A DNA stretch of 64,000 bases from a virus. Lineage: Duplodnaviria; Caudoviricetes. Position numbers and translations under genes: made by a program. Positions 39,768 through 49,064 of this stretch are shown here, piece after piece. Within the stretch, counting starts at the first letter, position 1, and each line of letters starts with the position of its first letter. The notes below the pieces were generated by a model. It was not told where the DNA came from. It did not search any database and worked only from the letters and a program-made list of their open reading frames with translations. The DNA is taken from positions 66 to 64,065 of the IMG/VR virus record IMGVR_UViG_3300008267_009718. One strand, 5' to 3'.

Positions 39768-41618
39768 TTATTTTGAAGATGTAAGTCCAGCATTTTTTTC
39801 CACTAGATTCACGTATGACTTCATTATATTGTTAACATTCTCAGCATTTGAGAAATACTCCTTAGCATACGTCATCCATTGATTTTTTTGATCTTGAGTT
39901 AACAAATCGGGTACTTTTACATTTACATTAATTGTGGCATCCCCAACATCCAATTTACCAACAAATTGTTTTGTTTCGGTTGCTTGTAATTTTTGCATTT
40001 CATTCAATAAAGCCAAGTCAGAACTTGTAAGGTTTTCTACCTTTTGGACGTTATTCATACTTTGAACCTTTGCTTGTGGACCCTTAAAAGTTGTTTCTAT
40101 CCAATCAATTACCGTTTTGTATCCGTCTTTCATTTCTTGTCCAATATCACCAACATCTATACCATATTCTTTTAAAGTAGAACTAAGACTACTCAATACT
40201 GCTTCTGTGTTTGTTCTATATGTTTCACTTTCATCGGGTAATAATCCACCCATTGCTTGAACACCTTTTAATCCTGTTTTATAAATTTCTTGTGGTATTT
40301 CAGTACCGGCTAATCCGTATCTGAAAGCAGACATAGCTTTATCTAAAATTGCATTTGTTTTTGCTGCCTCACTAAGTTGATCGATTGCAATTTTTTGCAT
40401 AGATTGTCCTTCCAGTTCTTGTTGTTTTTTCAAATCTTTGATTTGTTCCGCAGTAATATCACTCGCATTAATTAATTGTTCTTCTAAAGGTTTTCCTTGC
40501 TCATCAAACTTCCTTACTTTTATCTGAGCAATTCCTTTTTCATTTATTTGTGAAAGAGTTGCCACTAATTCTTTATCTTCTTCATTAATATCAGGAGAAA
40601 ATTTAATTTGTTTCATTTTAGTATCAAACTCCGCAGCTTTGATAGACATACTCGCAAATTCTTCGGCGCCCATTTGAAGAGCTCCCGCAACTTCTCGTAA
40701 TCTTCTTTTTGCCCCTGGCATAATTTCAAACTTCTGATTTTGTTCATTAAACCTAACAAATTCTTTTGACATATTTACAATTTGATTTTGTAATTCTGTT
40801 GGATCATTTTGTGCTAAATCCATAAGTCTAAGTGGATCCAATAATTCACCAGTTCTTACACCTAACATTTGTAAACTAGCCGCCAAGTCAATTGCTTTCT
40901 CAGGATTGAAAACATCTTCAACAACCGCAAAAACACTTTTCATATCGATTCCCAATCTACTTGCTTGAACCGCCATTTTTGCCAAACCTTTTGTTCCGTT
41001 TTCAAAATTAAATAAGTTCATTTTACCTAAATTGGTAGAAACTCCACCCGCAACTGCAGCCACAGTAACACCTGCTTGATTCGCAATTTTGGTTACTTCC
41101 ATCATTCTTTTTTCAACACTTTCTAAATTGTATCCCACGTTTCTGAAGTTTTCAGCCAAAACATCCACTTCAATTCCTGTAACTTTGGCTGTCGCAGCCA
41201 AAGACGCGAGTTGTTCATCAGAAAGTTTTAGATTTGTACCAAATTTTTTAATTAATTTTTCATATGTACCACTTGCATCATCAGCCTTTAAACCCATTTC
41301 TAAAAATTGTGGTATTGCATCTGCTATAGTAGTTTGTAATTCGGCACCTCTTTGCCCTCCAACACCCAAAACTTTAACTAAGTCCGCACTTTTTTTATCT
41401 AAATCTGAAACAGCCTCAAATATTGCGGATATACCAAAATTACCAGTAATACTTGTGGTAAAATTAGAAAAAGCAGTTTTTATCTGATTTAAATTAAGAG
41501 AGGTTAACCCATTATATAATTTTGCGGTCTCACCTAATATGTCATATGAAGTATAAGAATAACCAGCGGTAGATTGACTTTCTTTTTCCGGATCACCAGA
41601 GTCAGTTGGACTAAACAT
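39768..41618 (-). CDS. Tape-measure-like protein
   Basis: Ala/Leu/Lys-rich helical 616 aa directly downstream of the tail chaperone. Confidence 0.6.
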   Translation of the reverse strand: MFSPTDSGDPEKESQSTAGYSYTSYDILGETAKLYNGLTSLNLNQIKTAFSNFTTSITGNFGISAIFEAVSDLDKKSADLVKVLGVGGQRGAELQTTIADAIPQFLEMGLKADDASGTYEKLIKKFGTNLKLSDEQLASLAATAKVTGIEVDVLAENFRNVGYNLESVEKRMMEVTKIANQAGVTVAAVAGGVSTNLGKMNLFNFENGTKGLAKMAVQASRLGIDMKSVFAVVEDVFNPEKAIDLAASLQMLGVRTGELLDPLRLMDLAQNDPTELQNQIVNMSKEFVRFNEQNQKFEIMPGAKRRLREVAGALQMGAEEFASMSIKAAEFDTKMKQIKFSPDINEEDKELVATLSQINEKGIAQIKVRKFDEQGKPLEEQLINASDITAEQIKDLKKQQELEGQSMQKIAIDQLSEAAKTNAILDKAMSAFRYGLAGTEIPQEIYKTGLKGVQAMGGLLPDESETYRTNTEAVLSSLSSTLKEYGIDVGDIGQEMKDGYKTVIDWIETTFKGPQAKVQSMNNVQKVENLTSSDLALLNEMQKLQATETKQFVGKLDVGDATINVNVKVPDLLTQDQKNQWMTYAKEYFSNAENVNNIMKSYVNLVEKNAGLTSSK

Positions 41619-41642
41619 AATTTTTATTTATAAATACGTTTT

Positions 41643-41801
41643 TTAATTGTTTTTTTCGTGTTCCTTAACAATTTTGTCAATTAAATAACGTCTTACATAT
41701 GTTGGCATTTTAAGAAATTCCGTATAGGTAGTACGAAGAAATTTTGCTAAAATGTAATACTCATCTAAAAGGTACTTTGAATAATCAGAAGAAAGGCCGA
41801 A
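41643..41801 (-). CDS. C-terminal extension of the tail assembly chaperone (gpGT 'T'-like), reached by frameshift
   Basis: Open +1 frame FGLSSDYSKYLLDEYYILAKFLRTTYTEFLKMPTYVRRYLIDKIVKEHEKNN* overlapping the chaperone end, with no good start of its own. Confidence 0.65.
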   Translation of the reverse strand, partial: FGLSSDYSKYLLDEYYILAKFLRTTYTEFLKMPTYVRRYLIDKIVKEHEKNN

Positions 41802-42549
41802 AAAATTCAACCCCAAAAGTAATGTCTGCCATTACTCTTTCTCCTGACGGGGCTATTACTTCTTTTGTTAAGTCTAATCTTGGTTCGTTTTCAAATAGAA
41901 AATTCTTGATATGTTTTGAATCCATTATTGGCATAGATTCTATGAATTTTGAAATGTACATTCTATCTTCATTTCCATCTATACTAACAATCATTTTATT
42001 TAATCTTGTTGTTTGGACGGGTGCTGTCCTTCCTTTAGGGTAAGAACTAATTACAGTTTCAATTTCCATTAAATCCCGAACATTTAATAATTTAAGTTTA
42101 ACTTCATTTCCACTTCTAGGTAAAGTAGTTGTCAAATATCCATTCTCATCAGGAGATGAATTTGTTTTTTTAATATTTAACTCATCCAACATTATACTTG
42201 TTTCAAATGTGGCATTAGTTTTTGGATCCCTAAGATTAACTCTATATTCAGGTCCGAAAGAAGTGTTTCTCAAAAAAATCAATAACGCTTCAGTATCACC
42301 ATCTAATAGTTCTTCAGGTCTTAAATCGTGTTCATAAATCTTATTTCTTAATAAAGGTAAAACAACAGTCTCTCTTATCGATCTTTCGGGGTTAATGTTT
42401 GATAAAATGTTCTCATCAACCGCAGTCAAATATCCAACTTTTACACTTTTTTTCTTAGATTTATAAAAAACACCACCTGATGGTAATTTCACAACATCGT
42501 GTGGTAAATTAAAATCTGTTTGCCCATATTGTAATGCATAATCTTCCAT
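41785..42549 (-). CDS. Tail assembly chaperone / baseplate hub assembly protein (T4 gp26-like)
   Basis: VKLPSGGVFY, LTAVDENIL, LLDGDTEALLIFLRNTSFGPEY; lies between tube and tape measure; ends FFRPFF. Confidence 0.75.
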   Translation of the reverse strand: MEDYALQYGQTDFNLPHDVVKLPSGGVFYKSKKKSVKVGYLTAVDENILSNINPERSIRETVVLPLLRNKIYEHDLRPEELLDGDTEALLIFLRNTSFGPEYRVNLRDPKTNATFETSIMLDELNIKKTNSSPDENGYLTTTLPRSGNEVKLKLLNVRDLMEIETVISSYPKGRTAPVQTTRLNKMIVSIDGNEDRMYISKFIESMPIMDSKHIKNFLFENEPRLDLTKEVIAPSGERVMADITFGVEFFRPFF

Positions 42550-42594
42550 ATACTTTTTTTATTATAAAGATACTTTACATATTTTTTTTGTAAA

Positions 42595-42624
42595 TAAAAA
42601 TCCCATACGGTAAACCATATGGGA
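42595..42624 (-). terminator. Intrinsic terminator after the tail tube gene
   Basis: Minus strand TCCCATATGG-TTTA-CCGTATGGGA-TTTTT. Confidence 0.75.
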
Positions 42625-42647
42625 CGTAATTTAATATAATTAATAAT

Positions 42648-43136
42648 TTAGTACACAAGAATACAACGATCCATTTGCATAGTAGCTGTAACATCAGCCA
42701 ATGCATCTTGACTGTATGCTAATGAACCAAAGTTAACATCTGTCATAAATGTTCCTTCTAATATCCATTTTTCCACAACAACACCAGTTGGGTCTAACAT
42801 TTCGATGTCCACATTTTTTTTGTATCCAGCAGCGTAACCCATACGACCCGTTACTGATTCAGCACATAGACGAACCCATTCCATAAGAGCTTGTGAAGCG
42901 GAAGGACCGATTGGGTCTCGGAATTTTACTTGTATTGAACTCCAAGTAAACCTACCTGCGACATAAGTTGATGTATTCAAAAAGGGTATTTCTGTTGAAT
43001 TTATCTTGATGGAAGGTCTTGCCGCACTTTCAACAAACCATTCATTAATCCCTAAAGAAGATGGAAATCTCAAAATAAATCTGTTCTGTCTTTTCGGTTC
43101 GTAAGGAACTGGCATTTTCATTAACAAATCAGCCAT
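42648..43136 (-). CDS. Tail tube protein (T4 gp19-like)
   Basis: EPKRQNRFIL, YVAGRFTW, GYKKNVDIEMLDPTGVVVEKWILEG; near the sheath gene. Confidence 0.88.
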   Translation of the reverse strand: MADLLMKMPVPYEPKRQNRFILRFPSSLGINEWFVESAARPSIKINSTEIPFLNTSTYVAGRFTWSSIQVKFRDPIGPSASQALMEWVRLCAESVTGRMGYAAGYKKNVDIEMLDPTGVVVEKWILEGTFMTDVNFGSLAYSQDALADVTATMQMDRCILVY

Positions 43137-43203
43137 AATTTTTTTGTTTTAAATTTTTGTTTATTATTTTATTATAAATATATCGTTGTAAAATTTTTTC
43201 TAT

Positions 43204-44103
43204 TTACTTTGATTTAATTTTCTTTAAAGTTCTTATTACTAGTTGCTCCATCATAGTTTTTTCATCGTCTTTAGTTAAATAAGTTTTTAATATATTATCT
43301 GGTTTCTTTTCAAAATGTTTTTTCATTACTTCTACATTTCTTACATCATCATCTGAAAAACCTACCATTGGCATTTTTGGGACAAATCTATTACTTACAT
43401 CATTAACAAATTTATATTCTTTTTTCTGTAATCTAAATGACATCCCTTTTACATAATTTATAAACTCCTCCATTGCTCTAACCTTGCCCTCTTCAGGATT
43501 TGTTGCCGAACCCTCACCATAACTCACAGGATAAAATCTACATCTTTCTAAGTAATCCCTTATCAACCAACTTTCATTTGTTATTGGTTTTAATCCCATA
43601 ATTCTTCTGTATTCTATAAGACTTTGAACTAATTGTTCCTTGTTTAAACCTCCACGTCCCATTAAAATAAGTTTAAGAACTCCTTTTTTTAACGTATTTG
43701 GATGATGTCCGCGAGCTGTTATAATTGCAAAAACTGAACCGTTATTGATTGCTTCAACAAAGTCTCTCCAAGGACCTCTAACTAATGGAGCATCCTCAAT
43801 GTCTGTCATAAATTTTGAATCTCCTTGTGTGCCAAAAAATCTGAATGGATTATCCGCAAAACCAACTATTGTTTCTCCATTATATGTAAAAGGTTTTTTT
43901 CCAATATCTGTTCTATATTCTGCAAAATCTTCAGTTGACATACCAACCTCATCACCTTCTTCATTTAAAAGAATAATTTGTGTTGGCATTTTCATCAAGT
44001 TATCATCCCAATCAAATGCATAATATTTTAATCCATATTTTTTTTCTTCCAAATCATCAACCATTTCTTTGATAATTTGTCGTGTCAAACTAATATAATT
44101 CAT
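43204..44103 (-). CDS. HAD-superfamily phosphatase-like protein
   Basis: Motif I FDWDDN, motif II ITARGH, motif III K, motif IV FSDDD. Start moved to ATG 44103 (MNYISL) because the longer ORF runs through the sheath terminator and the TATTTAT site. Confidence 0.65.
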   Translation of the reverse strand: MNYISLTRQIIKEMVDDLEEKKYGLKYYAFDWDDNLMKMPTQIILLNEEGDEVGMSTEDFAEYRTDIGKKPFTYNGETIVGFADNPFRFFGTQGDSKFMTDIEDAPLVRGPWRDFVEAINNGSVFAIITARGHHPNTLKKGVLKLILMGRGGLNKEQLVQSLIEYRRIMGLKPITNESWLIRDYLERCRFYPVSYGEGSATNPEEGKVRAMEEFINYVKGMSFRLQKKEYKFVNDVSNRFVPKMPMVGFSDDDVRNVEVMKKHFEKKPDNILKTYLTKDDEKTMMEQLVIRTLKKIKSK

Positions 44104-44124
44104 ATTAATAAATATCACACACAT

Positions 44125-44160
44125 AAAAAAAAGGGAGAACCTGTCTCCCTTTTCTTTTTT
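44125..44160 (-). terminator. Intrinsic terminator after the tail sheath gene
   Basis: AAAAGGGAGA-5 nt-TCTCCCTTTT inverted repeat with T-tracts. Confidence 0.75.
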
Positions 44161-44170
44161 TATTTTTTTA

Positions 44171-47100
44171 TTAGATATTCTCAAACGACGCTCCTGTTGG
44201 AGTAATGTAGAATGTTATATCAATAAACTCGAGTGAACGAGTAGGTTTGATATAAATCTTACCAGTCATTTGATTTCTGTCTAAGTCAGCAGTATCACTA
44301 GAAACTGTAACTCGGAAATCATATAAACCTCTATCTCTTCTGATTGAATCCAAGATTGGGTTAACCGCATTTAAGAAATCTTGTCTTACTTGTTCGTCAT
44401 TCTGATCGAATAGTAATCTTACAGAAACCGCTGAAATCAATTTACGAGCTTGTAGTAACAATCTTCTTACGTTAATTCTGTCAAGTGCAGATTCTCTAAC
44501 TTGAAGAGTTTTGTTACCCCAAATTACTGTACCAACATCTGAGAAGGTTGCAATTGGGTTAATTCTACCTACATATAGAGTATCTCTATCCTCTTGAGTT
44601 AACTTTTTACGTGCTTTAACTGAGTTAACAATACCACGAGTATAACCTGCTGCTGCGAACCAAGGGAATGCGATATTATCTGTCAATGCCAAGTTTCTTG
44701 TTACTTCCGCAGTTGCCGGAATGTAAATTTGAGTGTTGTTAACGGTATCACGAGTTAATACCCAAGGATAGTAAGTCGCAGTATAGTTAGAATCAATACC
44801 TGCTTCCTCTAAATTATCAACAGCTTCTTGAGGGTAAATCAATCCATCTTGTCCTGTTGTTGTTGGTAATAATAGATTATAGTCAGGTGTTGTTGTGATA
44901 TACAACGAATCTGCTCTATCAAATTCTATCATTTCTACAGTATCACCAACTAAGTCAGAGTTATTTACATAGTCAATACCAGGTGTAACAAACACATTGA
45001 TATTAACCGCCTCAGGGTTTGAAAATGTCCTAATCCCTAATAGATATGCATAATAGTCTGTATTCGCATAATTTCTTGTTCCATCACCAATAGATATTTG
45101 TTTAAATGCCCCCCAACCAACTGCTTGTGGGTATCTATCAGATGGACAAGCCCCATTAAGGAATCCTTGTCTTCCTAAGACATATCTGTCACCATTAGTT
45201 CTTCTTTCTCTGTAGATATCCCAACCATCAAACCCGCCTTGTACAAACAAAGTGAATTTACGAGAGAACAATCTGTAATATGGGCTTGTTTCATTTAAAG
45301 GTTCTGAAGCAAACGGTGCATCACCAACATAGAATCTTGGGGTTCCGCTTGTTGAGAATGCGTTACCGATTGTTAAGACACTCGCATTTATATCCATATG
45401 AAAACCTCTTGTTCTATAAGACCATTCCGATCCTTCTAAATCACAAGATGAAATAGGATTACGTTTACCAACATATTCATAAAAATCAGGATCATAACCC
45501 CAGAAATTTGACAAACCAAGGTATGTCCTTCTAACGTTATCACCACCTGTAGTTGTTAAATTGTCATTACCTGAAGGTAAACCAAATGGAGGATTGTAAA
45601 TAACCTCACCTGGAAAATCGTATTTAGTTTTAAAGATTGGGAATGGAGAGGTTGCTCCCGCATATTCTCTAAAGTTGAATCCTTCAAATCCACAAGGTAG
45701 TGAATCAACAGGTGCATCTTCGTTCATTTCAACCATTACATATTTAGAGTTCAGCTCGAACTCACCGTCTAACGTACCTATTTTCTTAGCCACAAAGTTA
45801 TTTTGACTTGGATCCATAGAACAGTTAGTAAATTTCTCCAATACTGTAGGATTTGAATCGGTATCATAATAATCTCTTACTAACACTGTAAATGTTTGAT
45901 TCGCAAATGATATATCCGCAATTGACATTTTTACATTAGTGTTAGCATTGTTACCATCAGCAATTGTGTAGAATTTAAATAAGTTATACACTTTTGTACC
46001 TCTTAATTCTGACACAACCCAAGGAGAACTTGGTGACTGATATCTGTCAAGATACCAACCAATCGATGTTGAACTTTCACTTTGTGCCGAATCCAATGAA
46101 ACTAATTCAGGATTTAAACCTCTAATATAACCTTTTCTATAACCATAATTTAAAAGAGATTGGAATCTTTCTTCCATCATTAAAGGTACATTAAATCTAT
46201 TTTTACCGAAGTTGCTAGAACCAAAAACTTTACTGATGTATTTTGCGTCAGATATTGACATTGATGTCTCAAATGAGAATGTTTCTCCTTTGTAGTTTGT
46301 TGCATTAACTAAAAATGGTAAATAAGGATTTTTGGTTACACCAGAATAAGCACCTGTCATATCCAAAGAAACGTCTGTTAAACCTGTCACCTCCCAAGTT
46401 GGGTTTTCACCATCAGTATAATTTGAAATACCTCTCGATCTTAATGTGGAAACAACTAAATTATCAAAATCACTGTAAGAATTACCTGTAAATTTGTAAA
46501 GTTTACCAACTACTGTACCTGAATAACAAGTTGTAATTTCACCTAAATCTTGATTACCACCACTAGTTGCGGGACAAGGTATACAAGGATCATAAGGATA
46601 GATATTTACAGTCCAAGTCGTTGTTACTGAACCATCCTGTGATGTTAACACATAAGTTAAGGTTTCCGCAGAAAAGTTAACACTTGTTGAATTACTAACT
46701 TGCGTAACTCCATTAACCGTTACCGCAGTTGTACAAGCACTAAAAGTAGGAGTAAGAGCTGAATACACGTTTGTAAACCCAGAAGGTAAACATATATCAA
46801 TAACATTAGTGTTGTAATTTATAACACCTGAATTACCACTTATTGAAAAGTTGTAGAATGATGCACAAGTTGATGAGGTTGTTGTAAGCGTTACTCCTGT
46901 ATAATACGAATAAAATGAATAACCTGTGTAATTACCATTTCCAGTATTATCAAATGTTGCATAATACCAAGTATCATTAAACGGAGAAGTTAAGTCAGTT
47001 TCATTTAAATTAACAGAAGGGACTTCAAAAACGTTATTTTCAGTAAATGAGGAAAAAGTTGGATTTGTAAACCCTGTATAATCATCAACATCAATAGAAC

Positions 47101-47740
47101 CAAAATAATCAATCGTTTTTCCTGTTGTAGGATTGTCCAATGACAATATTCCAAAAATAGAATTAGTTATATTAGAACTAATTGAGGACACCCCACCATC
47201 AAATTGTTGATATTGTTCGTTAAACATATCTTGTATTTCTGATGGAAATGAATTTAAAAATACAATACTATCTGCAGAATTATTACATCCACTAAAATTA
47301 ACTAAGATATCTTCAGTATTTGCGGATGTACAAACTTTTTCACAATCTACCGTGACACCACTTGCACAATCAAACCCAATAGTTGTTGGATCTACGTTTG
47401 CTACAGTTAGAATTGACCAAGAAGGTCCAGCGTCGTATCCTGATAAACCTAATATCCTGGTTACAAATAACTGATTTGATTGTTGTAAATAAGCCTTTGC
47501 GATATACGCCGCTTCATATTTAGGGATTTGAGTATTCACAAATTTTTCTGGTGAAGTACCCCCGAAGTAAGTTGTAAACTCGTCGAAGTTTCTTATGAAA
47601 ATTGGTTCGAAAGCAGGTCCTTTCAAAGTTTCACCCGCAATACCCAAAGTTGTTACACCAACACTTTGAGCAACGAAACTCAAATCAACTTCTGAAGTAT
47701 ATACACCTGGTGATACAAATACTTTACTGTTAGTTGCCAT
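44171..47740 (-). CDS. Contractile tail sheath protein (T4 gp18-like) with inserted Ig-like domain
   Basis: VSPGVYTSEVDLS, GETLKGPAFEP, PWFAAAGYTRG, RINPI, WGNKTLQ, DRINVRRLL, IKPTRSLEFI. Confidence 0.95.
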   Translation of the reverse strand: MATNSKVFVSPGVYTSEVDLSFVAQSVGVTTLGIAGETLKGPAFEPIFIRNFDEFTTYFGGTSPEKFVNTQIPKYEAAYIAKAYLQQSNQLFVTRILGLSGYDAGPSWSILTVANVDPTTIGFDCASGVTVDCEKVCTSANTEDILVNFSGCNNSADSIVFLNSFPSEIQDMFNEQYQQFDGGVSSISSNITNSIFGILSLDNPTTGKTIDYFGSIDVDDYTGFTNPTFSSFTENNVFEVPSVNLNETDLTSPFNDTWYYATFDNTGNGNYTGYSFYSYYTGVTLTTTSSTCASFYNFSISGNSGVINYNTNVIDICLPSGFTNVYSALTPTFSACTTAVTVNGVTQVSNSTSVNFSAETLTYVLTSQDGSVTTTWTVNIYPYDPCIPCPATSGGNQDLGEITTCYSGTVVGKLYKFTGNSYSDFDNLVVSTLRSRGISNYTDGENPTWEVTGLTDVSLDMTGAYSGVTKNPYLPFLVNATNYKGETFSFETSMSISDAKYISKVFGSSNFGKNRFNVPLMMEERFQSLLNYGYRKGYIRGLNPELVSLDSAQSESSTSIGWYLDRYQSPSSPWVVSELRGTKVYNLFKFYTIADGNNANTNVKMSIADISFANQTFTVLVRDYYDTDSNPTVLEKFTNCSMDPSQNNFVAKKIGTLDGEFELNSKYVMVEMNEDAPVDSLPCGFEGFNFREYAGATSPFPIFKTKYDFPGEVIYNPPFGLPSGNDNLTTTGGDNVRRTYLGLSNFWGYDPDFYEYVGKRNPISSCDLEGSEWSYRTRGFHMDINASVLTIGNAFSTSGTPRFYVGDAPFASEPLNETSPYYRLFSRKFTLFVQGGFDGWDIYRERRTNGDRYVLGRQGFLNGACPSDRYPQAVGWGAFKQISIGDGTRNYANTDYYAYLLGIRTFSNPEAVNINVFVTPGIDYVNNSDLVGDTVEMIEFDRADSLYITTTPDYNLLLPTTTGQDGLIYPQEAVDNLEEAGIDSNYTATYYPWVLTRDTVNNTQIYIPATAEVTRNLALTDNIAFPWFAAAGYTRGIVNSVKARKKLTQEDRDTLYVGRINPIATFSDVGTVIWGNKTLQVRESALDRINVRRLLLQARKLISAVSVRLLFDQNDEQVRQDFLNAVNPILDSIRRDRGLYDFRVTVSSDTADLDRNQMTGKIYIKPTRSLEFIDITFYITPTGASFENI

Positions 47741-47859
47741 TTTGTTTTTTTAATTTATAAGATTTATTTTAATATAAATATTGTGGATTTAACCAAAAAC
47801 TTTACTTAAATAAAACTATTTATATATTGGTATGATTATTTTCTGCCTTTTTTCTACCT

Positions 47860-48021
47860 ATGGATAATGATGTCAAGAAGATAAAAAATTTGAAGATTTC
47901 GATTGAGGTTCACGATGTTTTGAAGAAGTACTGTGATAAGCGTGGTATTAAGATGTATAAATTTTTGGAAAATCTCATATTAGAAAAATGCAAAGAAAAG
48001 AAAGATATATATGGGGAATAA
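47860..48021 (+). CDS. Small ribbon-helix-helix-like DNA-binding protein (53 aa)
   Basis: MDNDVKKIKNLKISIEVHDVLKKYCDKRGIKMYKFLENLILEKCKEKKDIYGE: strand-helix-G-helix RHH pattern; below the ORF-track cutoff; divergent from the sheath gene. Confidence 0.7.
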   Translation: MDNDVKKIKNLKISIEVHDVLKKYCDKRGIKMYKFLENLILEKCKEKKDIYGE

Positions 48022-49062
48022 TTATATTAATTCCCTAACAAAAGATAATACCGCATTATCTGATATCACATATTTGATAATATTCAAAGTTAAAACGTCT
48101 CCTGTATTAATTTGAATTTCTTCTAAAGTATTCCCATAAAAATCTCCATTTATGAATACATCAAAATTATCCACATTATTAGAATATGATAATTTCAAAT
48201 TAGTAGTGTAATCAAAGGTATAAGTTGATTGAGTCGAACCTGATGGAGGGTAGGTTTCTACATATACCGATGGTGGTGGTGGTTCTTCTCTTTTAAGTCT
48301 TCTTTTTGGTGTTGTTATATCAGTTTCATACATTTGAAGTATTCTTGTAACAGCTGGTTGAATCTCAAATTGATCTTCGTCAATTAAAAACCCTAACATA
48401 GTAAAAGTATATTTTTGAATATAAACTTTTCTTTTTTCCAAATCCATTACCGATTCATCCGAAATGTCGTCATTAATTATTGGAATATAATGTCCTTTAA
48501 TTACTTGATATGCTTGTCTTGATGAAAATTTTTCTAAAACAATTTGATTAAATTTATTCAGTTCTCTCATCCTGTTACAAATTATTGCAACGGTATATTT
48601 TATATCTACAGGTACTGGCTGGGGTATTTTATAAATGTCCATACCGTGTCTTTGTCCATCCCAAGTTGGTACTTGAGCATAATAATATTGTCGTCTATTT
48701 GGTATATTATATCTTAATGCAGGATTAGAACCATATTTTACTTCAGGTGTTCTGATTATAGTAATGAACGGAGGTTCGGCATTTTTGTCTATATTTTGAA
48801 AATCCCAAGTTTCTACAAATTGACTCCAATTCTGAGTTGAGATTAAAATATCAACTGTTGGTATGGTTTTCCCTTCAACAACACATCTAAGTTCATCTTT
48901 AACAAAATCCAAAAAACCCCTATCCAAATCGGCATGTAATAGAGACTTAGGTAAATATGTACCATCCATTTCTATCATTTCCTTTAATTCAACTCTTCTT
49001 GGATATAATGTTTTAGACTGAGTTAAAGGTATCTTTTTTTTTATTTTATTTGGTAAAGGCAT
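48022..49062 (-). CDS. Tail terminator / completion protein (T4 gp15-like)
   Basis: PPFITIIR, IPQPVPVDIKYTVAI, NKFNQIVL; upstream of the sheath gene. Confidence 0.55.
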   Translation of the reverse strand: MPLPNKIKKKIPLTQSKTLYPRRVELKEMIEMDGTYLPKSLLHADLDRGFLDFVKDELRCVVEGKTIPTVDILISTQNWSQFVETWDFQNIDKNAEPPFITIIRTPEVKYGSNPALRYNIPNRRQYYYAQVPTWDGQRHGMDIYKIPQPVPVDIKYTVAIICNRMRELNKFNQIVLEKFSSRQAYQVIKGHYIPIINDDISDESVMDLEKRKVYIQKYTFTMLGFLIDEDQFEIQPAVTRILQMYETDITTPKRRLKREEPPPPSVYVETYPPSGSTQSTYTFDYTTNLKLSYSNNVDNFDVFINGDFYGNTLEEIQINTGDVLTLNIIKYVISDNAVLSFVRELI

Positions 49063-49064
49063 TT

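Noticed and set aside
44104-44184. N-terminal extension of the HAD ORF (MRISNKKIKKEKGDRFSLFF...)
   Set aside because: It translates the sheath terminator hairpin and the TATTTAT site; ATG 44103 is the more plausible start
16466-47740. Bacterial contractile injection system (eCIS/T6SS/tailocin) rather than phage
   Set aside because: Interleaved with phage replication genes and neck proteins; no bacterial housekeeping context
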